A stretch of DNA of 64,000 bases from Eledone cirrhosa. Lineage: Eukaryota. The position numbers and the translations under genes are program-made. Positions 9,966-22,778 of the stretch are shown here, one piece after another (the first letter of the stretch is position 1; each line of letters starts with the position of its first letter). The notes beneath the pieces were generated by a model. The model had not been told where the DNA came from. It saw nothing but the letters and a program-made list of their open reading frames with translations, and searched no databases. The stretch lies in the NCBI GenBank assembly GCA_964016885.1, contig OZ024742.1, positions 46,562,001 to 46,626,000 on the forward strand, given 5' to 3'.

Positions 9966-12900
9966 GTATATATCTATCTATATATATACACATATATATA
10001 CATACATACACATATGAACGTGTTTGCGTACAGATAGACCGCATATATAACACACACGCACAAATACACACATATACACATATATATCAGATAAAGTAAA
10101 AAAAAAAATAGTTTTAAAATGTTTATTCTAAAAATCATTGAAATGAGAAACAGATAAAAAATAAGATAATCTAAAAATACGAAAAACAACACGAACAACT
10201 ATTGTATATAAAATAGTAAAAAAAGCCCACAATAATGAAAATAGACACGCATAAACAATGTTTCTGAAAGAAAAGTAATAATTAAAGGAAAAAGAAAGAA
10301 ATCCAAAAATATGGCAGGCATAAGCGGAAGCGTGAAGTAGTTAAATTGTAATCGCATAAAAATGCTATACTTAAACACATACAGTAAAACGAAGCAATCA
10401 CAACGAAACAAGTAAATTATACATAAAAAGTACAGATGAAAAGTGCAATATATTTAGAGAAGAGAACGAATAGTATTGTTTAGAATTTCTTTTATTTTTT
10501 AAAAACTTTGACTGGAAATCTGGCTGAGCTTCTTTCCGTTTTTTCCTCGAAAGTAAAAGTCGTTTATCATTATTAGTGTCACTAAAAGTGAGTGCTATAG
10601 AGAAGAGGCAAACGTATGGTAAGTCTAGACAACAAACTGCTTTCGAATCATTGTGGAATTCGATTCACCTCATCTCCACCCCCACACCTGATTCCAATCA
10701 AAAACTAATGTAAATCAACTGTTGTTAGACAGTCCGTTATATGGGTAAACAACTAAAAAAAGTCAATTAGATTAACTTTCTGTTTGGGAAACTAACAAGG
10801 AAAATATTGATTACGAATATAAAGAATTAATATTGATTCCCAACATAAAAATGTTATTTGGTATTCGCCGTATATTACAGGATTCGAACATATATGAAAC
10901 AGACAGAAGAAATAATGAGTAGTATCAGAAGTAAGCCATATGAACATAGCAACGTGTACCTCCTCAATATAGAAAATATGACCATTTGTAACGCATTATC
11001 ATTGATTAACTTCAGTTTGTTAATGGGAATATCTAAAATTTGCTCATAAAAATTTTACGAAGTTTCTCAGACTTCATTTTATAAAATATAATATAGTCAA
11101 ATTTCGACATTACAAACCCCAAAAATACACACACCTGTATTGTACTGTAACATTATTGTACTGTGCTGTACTGTAACACTATTGTACTATTACATTACAC
11201 TTCTGTTGCTGGAGCCTCCCCGTAGTCTCCATCTACTTCTTTGCCAAATCACACCACAACTCCCTTAGAATCTGATTAACTCATCAGTTAATATATCCAC
11301 CAATATATAAAGCGCGTGTCTAGCTACGTTTGGAACTCTTTGATCACAAATCTGCTTGATTAGGCCTAAAATGGCTCAAAAACTGAACTACTGTACGGTT
11401 AGTTTCACTCTAAATTACTACACTACGTCACTTGACTACAGTGAAAACGACTTCAGTGCAACGATAACAGTAGCAACACATTGTACCAAAACCATTTATC
11501 TGAAAAAGAAAATAACAGTTAGAAAGAAATAACAAAAATAAAAATATCGTATTGAATATTCGATTTAATATAATTCATGAAAACACTACAAGATGGCTGA
11601 AATGATAGCACGCCAGATACAAGCAAATGCAGTATTTAGATTCATTTTCTTGTTACATCATATAAATACTCGTAATATACTTCTAACAAAAGCTCAATGC
11701 TATACAGTCAAGTAACTTCTGTCGAATTGCTACCAGTATTTCACTTGTATTAATTTTATCGCCGCCCCCCTCCCGGACGATGAAATGCAAAATTAACCGT
11801 AACGAAATTTGAGCTCAATAAAATTTTGCTACTAAATACAACAAAGTAATTTGCCCACAGTACCCCACCAATCTTTGAAGTTAATGTGTACCAGTGATAC
11901 ATAAGTCTCTAGCACGGGCATAAAGTGGGGATTTATATTCGTGGGGATTTATATTCGCCGAAATCAGTTTTTTTACACTTTCTGGTACTTTTATCGATCT
12001 CAAGGGATGAAAGTCAAAGTTGACTTTAGAGTGGGATTTGAGCTAAGAATATGAAATCCTCTAATTAAATACAGCAAAACCTATATACCATACTATTATA
12101 TTGTAACACTGCACAACTCACAGCACTGCACTAATACATAAGCTAACAAATTGTCTCTACATCCTCGTTTGACATAGTGCATCTCCATTCTATCCGCCGG
12201 GGCTGTGTGGAGGACAGCACGTAGGATCCCATTTGCTCACCATACGGAGAGATGGGGAGGGCGAGAGAGATGGAGGCGATGACAGTGGGAGTTCGGCTCT
12301 TCCACGTTCGGACCATATCCTTGTGGTTGTGTTCATCAAGCCCTAGTGCAGTAATGAAATATATGTAAACATAATTAACCACATGAACATGTCAAAAGTA
12401 ATAGCAAAATCTCACTCCAATCACACTCTACACTCATGGAAACACACATTGCAATAGAATGTTTAGCAGTAATATATTTGGAGTCATTTTGCTCGAATAC
12501 TTCAAGCTGCTTTCGCTATTATAAAACTGGCAGTTTGCCCGTAGAAAAAAATATTATATGAAAATTGAAAGGAAGAAGGGGTGATTATTGAAAATGCGAC
12601 CTCTTCTAATAAGTCGGCGCCAATAACTTTATTTACGATAAACATTCCGAAAGTGGAATGGATTATAATGTTTTTACATCAATTATTCACCATCCAGTTA
12701 AATAAATCACACCAACTGATCAATTGCCTTTAATACACGACGATAGCAAGACGAGACAAACAAAAGCGGTACACTCATATATACGAAAACAAAATAAAAT
12801 AAACACATTTTGATAACATTTACAAATTATCTATTCATGAAATTGATCATTGTTTTTTTTTCTCATATCACTCACAAATCTATGACCCTCGGTAGATCAA

Positions 12901-13809
12901 ACAATTTTGTCCTGATTTAGGGGTTGAAATTAATATTTGTTTTTCTTACTGAAACGAAATGGAAATATTGGTGGGGATAAAGAAATGTAGATTGAATCGA
13001 CCGTAGTAAATTAAGTTTCGACCTTTTAGGAACAGCAGTGAAATCTCCCTAAACTCCTATCATATTGCTTTGAATAAGGAAAGGACATATTACATGATAT
13101 AGTTCCACACATACCCAGAAATCGACGGGATTGTCACGTCTAGAATGATTTTAATAATATCCATTCGATCAGAGTTGACCAGTAGCTAACAGTCCTTGTC
13201 ATTGGAAATAATAAAATAGTTCTGGATGATCACAGCTAGAATGCCTTCGATCATATGTCTACTCGACTAAAGCTCGACCACGAGGTAAGCATCAGCAACA
13301 GAACCAACAACTAGCAACTAAACAGAAATAAAATGAAAAATGCAATTTCTGTACGAGCGTGATATGAATTGGAAATCGAGAAACTTCGTTGTCACATTAT
13401 CTCAGTCATCTTCATTGGTAAATGGCATTTTACAGAGTCGTAGAGGCGCTATTCTGAAACGGCGTGTCTTGGGCATTTCTGCATTTGGCAGAGCTTCGAG
13501 GTTAATGAACAGACGATTTTTCCAGATAGATAGAAAGATAGATAGATAGAGAGAGAGAGAGGGCAAGAGGGAGAGAGAGAGAAAACCTCGAAAGGATAAA
13601 AAGCAAAATTGGCCTCAACGGCATTTTAACTCAGAGCGCAGTGAATTCTGGTAAATACCGAGGTAGTTTAACTCGGCGTCCTGAAAACAAGACCAATACA
13701 CCTCACTTCTGTCATATTCATTAGATGTGGATATTGGATGTTCAAATATTAAAATAAAATATAAATGAAAGTATTTGAGATTCAATAAAGTAAATAATAA
13801 ATTTAAACA

Positions 13810-13925
13810 TGTTCTACAACGCGAGGACCAAAGACGTGACATATTCAGGATTGCGAGAGAGAGTGTAAGGGAAAATTATGATGTTGATGGAGAGAAATGT
13901 GTCCGAGATGATAATGGTGTACTAT
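13810..13925 (+). pseudogene. RTE-like LINE ORF fragment (endonuclease-RT linker)
   Basis: Translation RDIFRIARESVRENYDVDGEKCVRDDNGVL resembles the linker preceding the RT domain of RTE-clade LINEs; recognised from memory. Confidence 0.55.
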
Positions 13926-14009
13926 ATTCAAAGTTAAGAAGTAGAACACAGCAAATTATAACAATATAGTTAACTTATAAACACTAATATAAGTTTACTG
14001 TCTAAGAAA

Positions 14010-14150
14010 CAGCTTTTAGAGTCGTTAGAACATCGGATACAATGTTTTGCGATATTAGTTCCAGCTCTCTACACTCCCTGAGTTCAAATCCTACCGAGGT
14101 CAACTATACCTTTCATCCTTTTAAAGTCGATAAAAAAGGTACCAGTTTAG
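14010..14150 (+). mobile_element. tRNA-derived SINE, diverged copy
   Basis: B box GAGTTCAAATCC followed by CCGAGGTCAACT...CCTTTCATCC...GTCGATAAAA...GTACCAG. Confidence 0.8.
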
Positions 14151-14253
14151 AAATGCGTCGATTCTGTCTCCTCCTCTATATCTCTTTCTCACTTCTCTGT
14201 CTCGCTACTCCTCTTTTCACTCCTGATCTGGAAGAAATTGGCTGTGTCTAGAC

Positions 14254-14544
14254 CAGACATGGGCAACCTTTTTCGAGAAGTGGGCCTCATGAGATATGGC
14301 CCACGATCAGGCGGCCCGCAAACCTTAATTTACATTCGTACCCAGATTTAAAAAAAGGGCGGTAACTCAGGTTGTTTTGATTTGTTTCTTCAGAATTCGT
14401 ACACGTTGTTTTCCTTGATCGTAAAAATGATAGAAAGATATATTATGACTGAAAAGTTGGGGTAAACAAATCAGAAAGATTTCACTTAGGTGACTTAGGC
14501 GAGCCATTCAGAAACCTTCGCGGGCCACAGGTTGCCTCTGACTG
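14254..14544. mobile_element. hAT (Charlie-like) MITE
   Basis: Imperfect TIRs CAGACATGGGCAACCT / AGGTTGCCTCTGACTG; degenerate 8-bp TSD GTCTAGAC (14246-53) / GTTTAAAC (14545-52); an empty-site paralogue lies at ~16961-17060. Confidence 0.75.
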
Positions 14545-14912
14545 GTTTAAACCTTGGGAGGAGATGGGCTTCACTAGGTTTAAAGATGCCCGGGACCCAT
14601 CGCATGTAAGGACGGCGCCTCCGTGATTTCATCAGGAGTTACGAATCCACACACATTGATGCAAATGAAAAAGTTTCTAAATAGGTAAACAAGATTTATA
14701 ACAACTTAACTTTTATCATTCTAAGTTAACTTGTATCACAAATTAAATTTGTTATATATTCTCATGTGAAAAGAAATATTTAAAAGTGAAATATTAAAAC
14801 AAAACAAAAAACAAATAAAAAATAACAACAAAAAAGTAAACATAAACAGTAACTTTAAACTTCAGCAAATAAATAAAACTAAAGATTATTGCTGTAGATG
14901 TTGATGATGGTG

Positions 14913-14913
14913 A

Positions 14914-14970
<57 letters not shown>

Positions 14971-14978
14971 CGCCACCG

Positions 14979-15033
<55 letters not shown>

Positions 15034-15067
15034 ATTCACCACCACTACCGCCACCGCCACCACCACC

Positions 15068-15114
<47 letters not shown>

Positions 15115-15143
15115 CGCCACTACTACTACTACTACTACTACCG

Positions 15144-15201
<58 letters not shown>

Positions 15202-15277
15202 ATTGACCACCACCACCACCACCACCACCACCACCACCACCACCACCACCACCACCACCACCACTACCGCCACCACC

Positions 15278-15347
<70 letters not shown>

Positions 15348-15348
15348 T
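14913..15348. repeat. Compound (CTA)n/(CCA)n trinucleotide array
   Basis: Alternating CTA and CCA blocks with a recurring CTACATT(C/G)ACCACC junction; explains the poly-V/S/G/L ORFs. Confidence 0.97.
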
Positions 15349-15813
15349 CACCCGCTGACGGCAAAAATTCAATTATAAAACAAATCAGACACGCGCGTAC
15401 GCAGACAAATGTTCCATAACTATTTCATACAAACTCGATCACACAAATACTCTTTAACATATCTTTTAGTGGATGTATATATATATGTTTTGTTTATTCA
15501 CAGAAAACAAACAAATTGGCAGACATACACACACACACATACATACAGACACACGCACTCACTCACTCACATAACCCCCCCCCCCCCCCCACACACACAC
15601 ACATACACACACACACGTGCACATAAATAGACACTTTTGTATGTTTAGAAATAAAAACATATAGCTGTATTAATACTTACAAAGTATAAACAGGAAAAAT
15701 TAAACAAACAATGCACACACACACACAGAGGTAAACACACACACACACATATAAATATATATGTATATATGTATGTATATGTATATATATATATATATAT
15801 ATAACTTACTTTT

Positions 15814-15887
<74 letters not shown>

Positions 15888-15892
15888 TATAT

Positions 15893-15923
<31 letters not shown>

Positions 15924-17785
15924 GCCAGGCTAACAAGATACTGAAAACAAATTCAGAAACGATATACATATATGCTTACATTGTTATTGTCTTATTTAGT
16001 ATTGTGATAAACTCATCATAAAAAAAATATCACTGGAGAATTGAAATGATAAACTGCCATCTATGGTAGAGAAATTCCAATTGAAAGACCTGACTTGAGT
16101 GTAAATTATTCTTATAATGATAGAAGCAGACGGGCGCAGGTGATATTTCTTAAAATTTAAATATTTTTATTCCCAAGACCTTAAAAATAAATACTTAAGT
16201 AATGATAACACTTTGGATATATAATAAGGCAATGGCGTTATTTAGTAATCTCTTAGACAGATTGTGATATTTTTATATCAGCCAATATCTATGTATGGAG
16301 CCATCATGTGAGAGAAGAAAATATAGACCTACATACAGCAAACTGCAACTTGTGAAAGATAAGAAAAAAAGAACAATATCTAATGTTGATATCTAAATAT
16401 ATAATTAATACGATGTTATCTACAACATTGCAGACTACCAGGAGGCACAAAAACCACCACTCATTATAAAATCTAATTTTTAAAACTTTTAGCTGACATT
16501 CATTGCCATTATCATCCTTCATGTGCTATGATTCCTATTACATAATAATTCATATTACATTTAACATTAACAGTATTGTTTAACCCTAAGTAGGACCCCC
16601 ACCAAATACATTTAGATTAAATATTAATAGATACTATTGCAGACATCTATTAATTTCTAGCATCATCTTAATACTACAAATTTGTTGGAAAAGTGATATA
16701 ATCGATTAAAATATCATCAGTCATTACTGGAAACATTTGATTGAAATCTCTGAGATGAGATGGCTAGCTGTCTAGGAGACATGTCTTATCTCCATCAAAT
16801 ATCTGGAGATTGATCAAAATATACCAGTCTAGTACTGGAGTCAATTCTTTCTTAATATTTCATTTCTATCCCTACCTTCTAACTCTCTCTCTCTCTTTCT
16901 TTCTTTCACCCCCCCCCACACATTCTCTCTCTCTCTCTCTCTCTCTCCCTCTCTCGTTCTTTGGAAGAAATCGACTGTATTCAGACCTGGACAGGGGGAT
17001 GGGCTGTTACAGAGGCTCTTCTACGGCTTCATCAGAAACTACGAGTTCATACATACATGCAAATTACATTACAAATAAATACAAAAATTAAACAGTCAGA
17101 ACCAAGTAAATGAGATTAGGAACAAGACTATTGAAATTTAGAGTTTCTTTATATGAACAACCTGACCTAGAGCACGTGATTTAATTAACATATATTTTAA
17201 TTATAAACAGTCATTATTGCATGGTTAAATGTTTTCATACTTAAAATAAATAAATAAATTAGGACGCATGATTTGAGTTTAACATTATAAACAATAGCTG
17301 TCAATGTTTGTTAAAACATTAGAGTTGATGACATTGGTATCTCATTAGTACGAGTAAGTGTATTAACGAAAATAACGTTCACAGCAAACCTGTGTTTGTT
17401 TCATAGTCAAATATTATAACAAAGCAACTTTAACTTCAAAGTGATCTCAACACAATTATACTACAGAAGCTTTTGTGAAATGCATGCATATTTTTATAGT
17501 AAACTACATATAGGGCATTTGTGCCCAATTCTGTTCCTTTGGATCTGATCTAGTTTTGAACGAATTTAAAAGAGAAGCAGCAAACTCTTCAAAAGATACG
17601 GATTAAGTTTGCCAATAGATGCATCAATTTGCTTGCTTTGAAGTATGACACTGACAATCAAATCATGTCTATAATTGAAAAACAAACTTTTTCATTGACT
17701 TTCCAACTTTGGCTTACAGTCATAACATACATTTGTATACGATCTAATTTTATTTCTCAGGAATTATATCTTACACACACACACA

Positions 17786-17849
<64 letters not shown>

Positions 17850-18334
17850 TGTGTGTGTACCGTCTCGGTTATTCACTCTGTATGTATGCAGATATAATGT
17901 TATCCTACACTTCGACTGTTAGCGCACTTAATATATATTTAATTTAATTACCAATACAAACACTAATTATATGAAAATTACTAAGTCCATTTCAGAATAA
18001 TACTAAAAGCGAATGGGTATATAAGCCCATCAAATACATGTTTCCTTGTCGTTGTTCGGATGACATACACGTCTCCTGATGAGTGCCCAATCAGGTCCAT
18101 AAATCGATGAAAGATGTTTATTGCTTTTTTCAATTTACTGAGAAATTTATATTCTTTTGCCATATTAAATATGTGTATATATACACACACATTAGCGTAG
18201 TCTCGGTTACTCATGGTGTATGTATACAGATATTGTATCGTATGCTTCGGTAGCTAGCTTACTTCTTAATATATGTATAGTGGCTTCCACTAATTAAGAA
18301 TCTATCTTCGACATTTGTTTTATTTTCTCTGTTC

Positions 18335-18387
<53 letters not shown>

Positions 18388-18391
18388 GCGT

Positions 18392-18444
<53 letters not shown>

Positions 18445-19739
18445 GAGAGAGATATATGAATCTATGTATATATGAAATTAGAGAAAGATTATCCAAAGAT
18501 ATAAATCAAATTAACAACAGACATTTTCTATGTTTCGATTGGTGCAGATAAGTATAAAAGTAAGATCATAATTAATATAAATAAGTATTATTACATAAAA
18601 TACAATGACATATATCAAGTTATCTACAAAATTTTTTCAGGGACGATAAAAATTGTTCAACATGTATTCTTTAAAAGAAATACTAAAAAATGCCCACACA
18701 CAAAAAAAAAACCCCCATCAAAAAGTGAAAACAAATTACTCATAGTGGAATAAGTTATATAAATAATTTACTATAATATAAATGTAAAATATAAGTTACA
18801 CCAAATCAGTGTTACGAAAAAAGCACATATCATATAATGTGGGTTTGTTGTTATTCCATTCATGCTTTCTATTGGGGATGGGTTTTCTTTCTGTTATGTG
18901 GCTTCCGTAATATGCATGAGCTTTGCATCTGTTCAATCTGTAGATACTATTTTTATCTGGATATTTTATAGTGAGCCACCATCAAGCTGATAAACAGGTG
19001 TAAGCAGGTAAGAGCACTCCACATAACCAATAGTTCAGTCGGCTAAGGACAAATGTTCTCAGAGGACCAACATGCTTTCCCGATCTCTTGTCTTGAAATT
19101 CATTAGAATCCAACCAGCTAGTTGTCTACAAATTGTTGACATTTTGGTGATGTATGCATTAAACGATACATTATTGGACATATCAATACCCAGGGCTCGG
19201 GGATTTCGATTCCTTTTAGTCCGGTGTAGTTTTGTTGTAGTGGCCTTGTGTTAATGGGTTGCTAGCAGAGGGGGTTTGACAATTTCTGGCAATATACTGC
19301 GTAATATTGTCCTCAGCCCATTTGTCTATGGCACCCAAATCTTAGTAGTATAAACCGGATTCTTGATTGCATGTAATACTTTCTTGTCATCAGCTGAGTG
19401 AGGCTGTCTGTACTAAGGAGGGCATGTCTCAGAGAGCCACTATAAACAGCTGTGGTCCCAAGACAGTTGTCTGAATCACACTTGTTATTGAAGTTCCATT
19501 ATAAGAAACCATTATATATATATTTTTTTTTTCTTCTCAAAAAGATTTTCCATTTCCTTCTCTTCTTACTCTTTCTATTTCATCTTATATTTCTCATTCT
19601 ATCTTCTGATAAATACCAGTGTCCGAAACGCAATTACTCTTTTCCTACTATATCAAGCGTTAAACTAATATATTTTTCATTGTACTGTGCTGTTTGGTTT
19701 TTTGTTTGTTTACGTTTTGTATATACACACACAGACACG

Positions 19740-19824
<85 letters not shown>

Positions 19825-20300
19825 GTATATATATATGTATAACTAAGATAACTTTGATAGGTTTCGGCCAGTATTGGCCCAAGCCAGGTCATGTCTAACT
19901 TAATAGCACCCCTTGGCGAAGTCTTTCAAATCAGGATTTGGACACTATGGCCCACTCATGAAGAGAGTTATTGTTTACGGAGGCTTATCCGGGTGTAAGA
20001 GGTTTATCCAGGATTTCTTGGAGGAATTTGTCCAAAGACGTTTTGAATTTTATGGGATCTGTTTCTGTTTTTAATTTGTTTGGTTGTAATGTTAAAAAGA
20101 ACAGTTGAGGGGAAATAATTGTGCCGTAATGTTGTTATGAGATAACACGGAGCCCAAGCCTAGGGTACTTTACTTTAAAGATGATGTCAACATCATTTAG
20201 GTAATGCTGATGGAATATTTGCCACTTATATGTATAAATATATGTTTAGTTATATATAAATATATTATATTATATTATATTATATATATATAATATATAT

Positions 20301-20492
20301 AAGGGCGGTGAATTGGCAGTATTGGTAGAGAGTCGGACACCATGCTTTGTAGCATAGAGTTACGGCCCTTTATGATCTGAGTTCAAATCCCGCCGAGGTT
20401 AACTTTGCCTTTCATCCTTACGGGCTCGATAAAATAAAGTACCAGTAATTCACTGGGATAATTGCTGGCCTTGTGCCAAAAGTAGAAACAAT

Positions 20493-20497
<5 letters not shown>
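20301..20497 (+). mobile_element. Full-length tRNA-derived SINE (Meta/MESC-like central domain); representative copy
   Basis: A-box-like TGGCAGTATTGG, B box GAGTTCAAATCCC, core GCCTTTCATCCTTACGGG.TCGATAAAATAAAGTACCAGT, 3' end GCTGGCCTTGTGCCAAAAGTAGAAACAATTA plus an AT-rich tail; about 25 copies in the window. Domain name is from memory. Confidence 0.9.
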
Positions 20498-20533
<36 letters not shown>

Positions 20534-20737
20534 AAGGTATGTATATATATATATATTTATGGTGATATTGGCGTATTCCAATATAGATCCTGGTAAAGAT
20601 TAGAACAGCTCGATACTATCCTGTTTCCTTGATATAGCAGTAATCCGACATCGGCCTAGGACTTTCCCACCGGGTGGAGATTCTGCCTCAGACGGTTATG
20701 ATACGGGCTGTAGAGCTCATAAATTATCAATAGAAAA

Positions 20738-21295
20738 AAGAACCAAGTTCTACTTATTGTACATATGTTTATATGTTTCAATATAGAGCCGTTGACCATA
20801 TCACTATACATGCAAGTTATTTGTTCATCACTCTACGTATCTAACGTATATTATATCTAACGTAATATTGACTAACTACCGCCCTCCTTCTTACTTTTGG
20901 TCAATATACACATATATTTCCTCATATAATATTGTAAATATTGTATAGAAAGGCATTATAATCATTTTCTATGTTTAATCCTCTATGTCTGTTAATGTAC
21001 GGATGTACATAAGCCCAACGTTTGATATACTGTTTTTGTTATATTGTTTTCGGTCTCCTTTTGGCTTTGCTTTTGCTTTTGCTTTGCTATGTATTCTTAA
21101 TTAGTAGGGTATGAGCCGTATCCCTTGTATGGAGTCATCTCATGTATGCAATACAGTTGACACTTCGAACAGCACCTGGACCCCTGAGAATATGTAGAGC
21201 GATGGAGAAATACCTCGTATGTATCGTGGTATGATCCACCACTCTATATTTAAACATATGTAGAATAAAGATATGTTTTAAGTAAAACTTGGTTC

Positions 21296-21298
<3 letters not shown>
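20738..21298. mobile_element. Diverged foldback unit with ~105-bp inverted arms
   Basis: AAGAACCAAGTTCTACTTA...CACTCTACGTAT (20738-20843) versus ATATGTAGAGCG...TAAGTAAAACTTGGTTCTT (21190-21298); ends at (TA)n. Confidence 0.65.
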
Positions 21299-21357
<59 letters not shown>

Positions 21358-21885
21358 CCACACACGCACGTACATATACATATATATTATACACATACAC
21401 GCACACACGCTCACTCACATACATATATAATTATGTTTTGCTAGTTTATTTGAGCATACACGAAGCAAATCAAATAAAGAGAATAAAATACAAAACATCT
21501 AAATATTCAGCTATATGTATGAAGAAATCAAATTATTTATCACAGTTCTTTAATCGTGATGACGCCAGGAAGCAAAAAAATAATAAGTTGCATTGTTTCT
21601 CAGCTTTCTAAAAGTATGAAAGAAACCTCAGAAGGACGCAGGTCTAACTTCCTATGCTTTGTCACCAACGGATATCAGAGGGCCTTTCGTTGGACTGATA
21701 CAGGTGAACTTAAATAAATAGGTACAGTAGGAGAGAGACAAAGAATGTAAGAGAGATAATCACTAGTTAGCTAGTTTCAAGAATGTGGACAGTAAATAAA
21801 AGGGAGGAATGGAAGAAATCATTAGGAAATTGATAGTGCGAGAAGTACCAAAGTATAAAGGAGGTGAATAGAACAACGGTGGCGC

Positions 21886-22070
21886 TCTACACCAGATGTG
21901 GATATTAGAGTTAACGTGATAAAGTAAAAAGTGAGGAAATGATTGAGAGAATGTCACAGATAGAGGGGGGAAGGAATATCTACACCAGATGTGGATATTA
22001 GAGTTAACGTGATAAAGTAAAAAGTGAGGAAATGATTGAGAGAATGTCACAGATAAAGGGGGAAGGAATA
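21886..22070. repeat. 93-bp near-perfect tandem duplication
   Basis: TCTACACCAGATGTGGATATTAGAG...GGAAGGAATA at 21886-21978 and 21979-22070. Confidence 0.95.
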
Positions 22071-22237
22071 TATATTTATGATATGGAAGTGTGTGTGTAA
22101 GAGAAAAATTAGATGAAATTTAGAGAAGAAATAGAACCAGTTTCAAGAAACAAAAGGTAGGTTCAAGCTAAAATAGAATAAGGATAACTTAATGGAGATT
22201 GAATGAGACACAAGTAGAACAATGCTTAAATGAAGGT

Positions 22238-22347
22238 GCCGAGGTTAACTTTGTCTTTCATCCTTACGGGGTCGATAAAATAAAGTACCAGTAATACACT
22301 GGTAAATTGCTGGCCTTGTGCCTAACGTAGAAACAATTATAATAATA
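22238..22347 (+). mobile_element. 5'-truncated SINE
   Basis: Core and 3' end match 20301-20497. Confidence 0.88.
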
Positions 22348-22555
22348 CCTTAATTAAAGTAGAATTGTATACGATATAGTTCAATATTCTTTATACCCAG
22401 AAATCTGCTCTCATAATATACTCTAATATACACGTATGGAAAAGAAAATGTTGCCTTATAACATCTACACTTATTAGAATATATAACACTGAGCTCAGAA
22501 ACTATAAAATGCTTCGAGGTTTAAGGAATTACTTATCATTATTGGTAGTTTATAT

Positions 22556-22778
22556 AGGGCGGTGGATTATCAGTATCGGTAGAGCATCGTACAACATACT
22601 TTGCGTATTATGGTTATGTCCCTTTATGTTCTGAGTTCAAATCCTGCCAAGATTAGCTTTGCCTTTCATCCATACGGCTTCGATAAAATAAAATACCAGT
22701 AACGTACTGGAGTCGATTTAATCGACTTTACCCCCGCCTAAAATTGTTGGCCATGTGCCTAAATGAGAAACCATTACT
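22556..22778 (+). mobile_element. Full-length SINE
   Basis: Same head, B box, core and tail as 20301-20497. Confidence 0.88.

Noticed and set aside
11270-11300. CTGATGA on the minus strand (similar lone CTGANGA hits at 629, 5155, 14628, 19387, 29531, 34475, 53425, 53514)
   Set aside because: No complete stem II-GAAA-stem III-NUH-stem I arrangement found by eye.
12143-12345. GC-rich island, possibly a heavily deleted LINE fragment (SIRRGC) or an exon
   Set aside because: Similarity too short to support a call.
19855-19895. GGCCA-atac-TGGCC-GAAAC-CT-ATC on the minus strand as a hammerhead
   Set aside because: Stem II and GAAAC are present, but there is no CUGANGA box or stem I. Similar half-motifs at ~1695-1715 and ~56690-56725 were also left uncalled.
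20140-20215. PKPRVLYFKDDVNII as a PLE RT catalytic motif
   Set aside because: Single degenerate motif with no supporting flanking homology.
20301-20400. tRNA gene
   Set aside because: A/B boxes belong to a multicopy SINE head; no cloverleaf.
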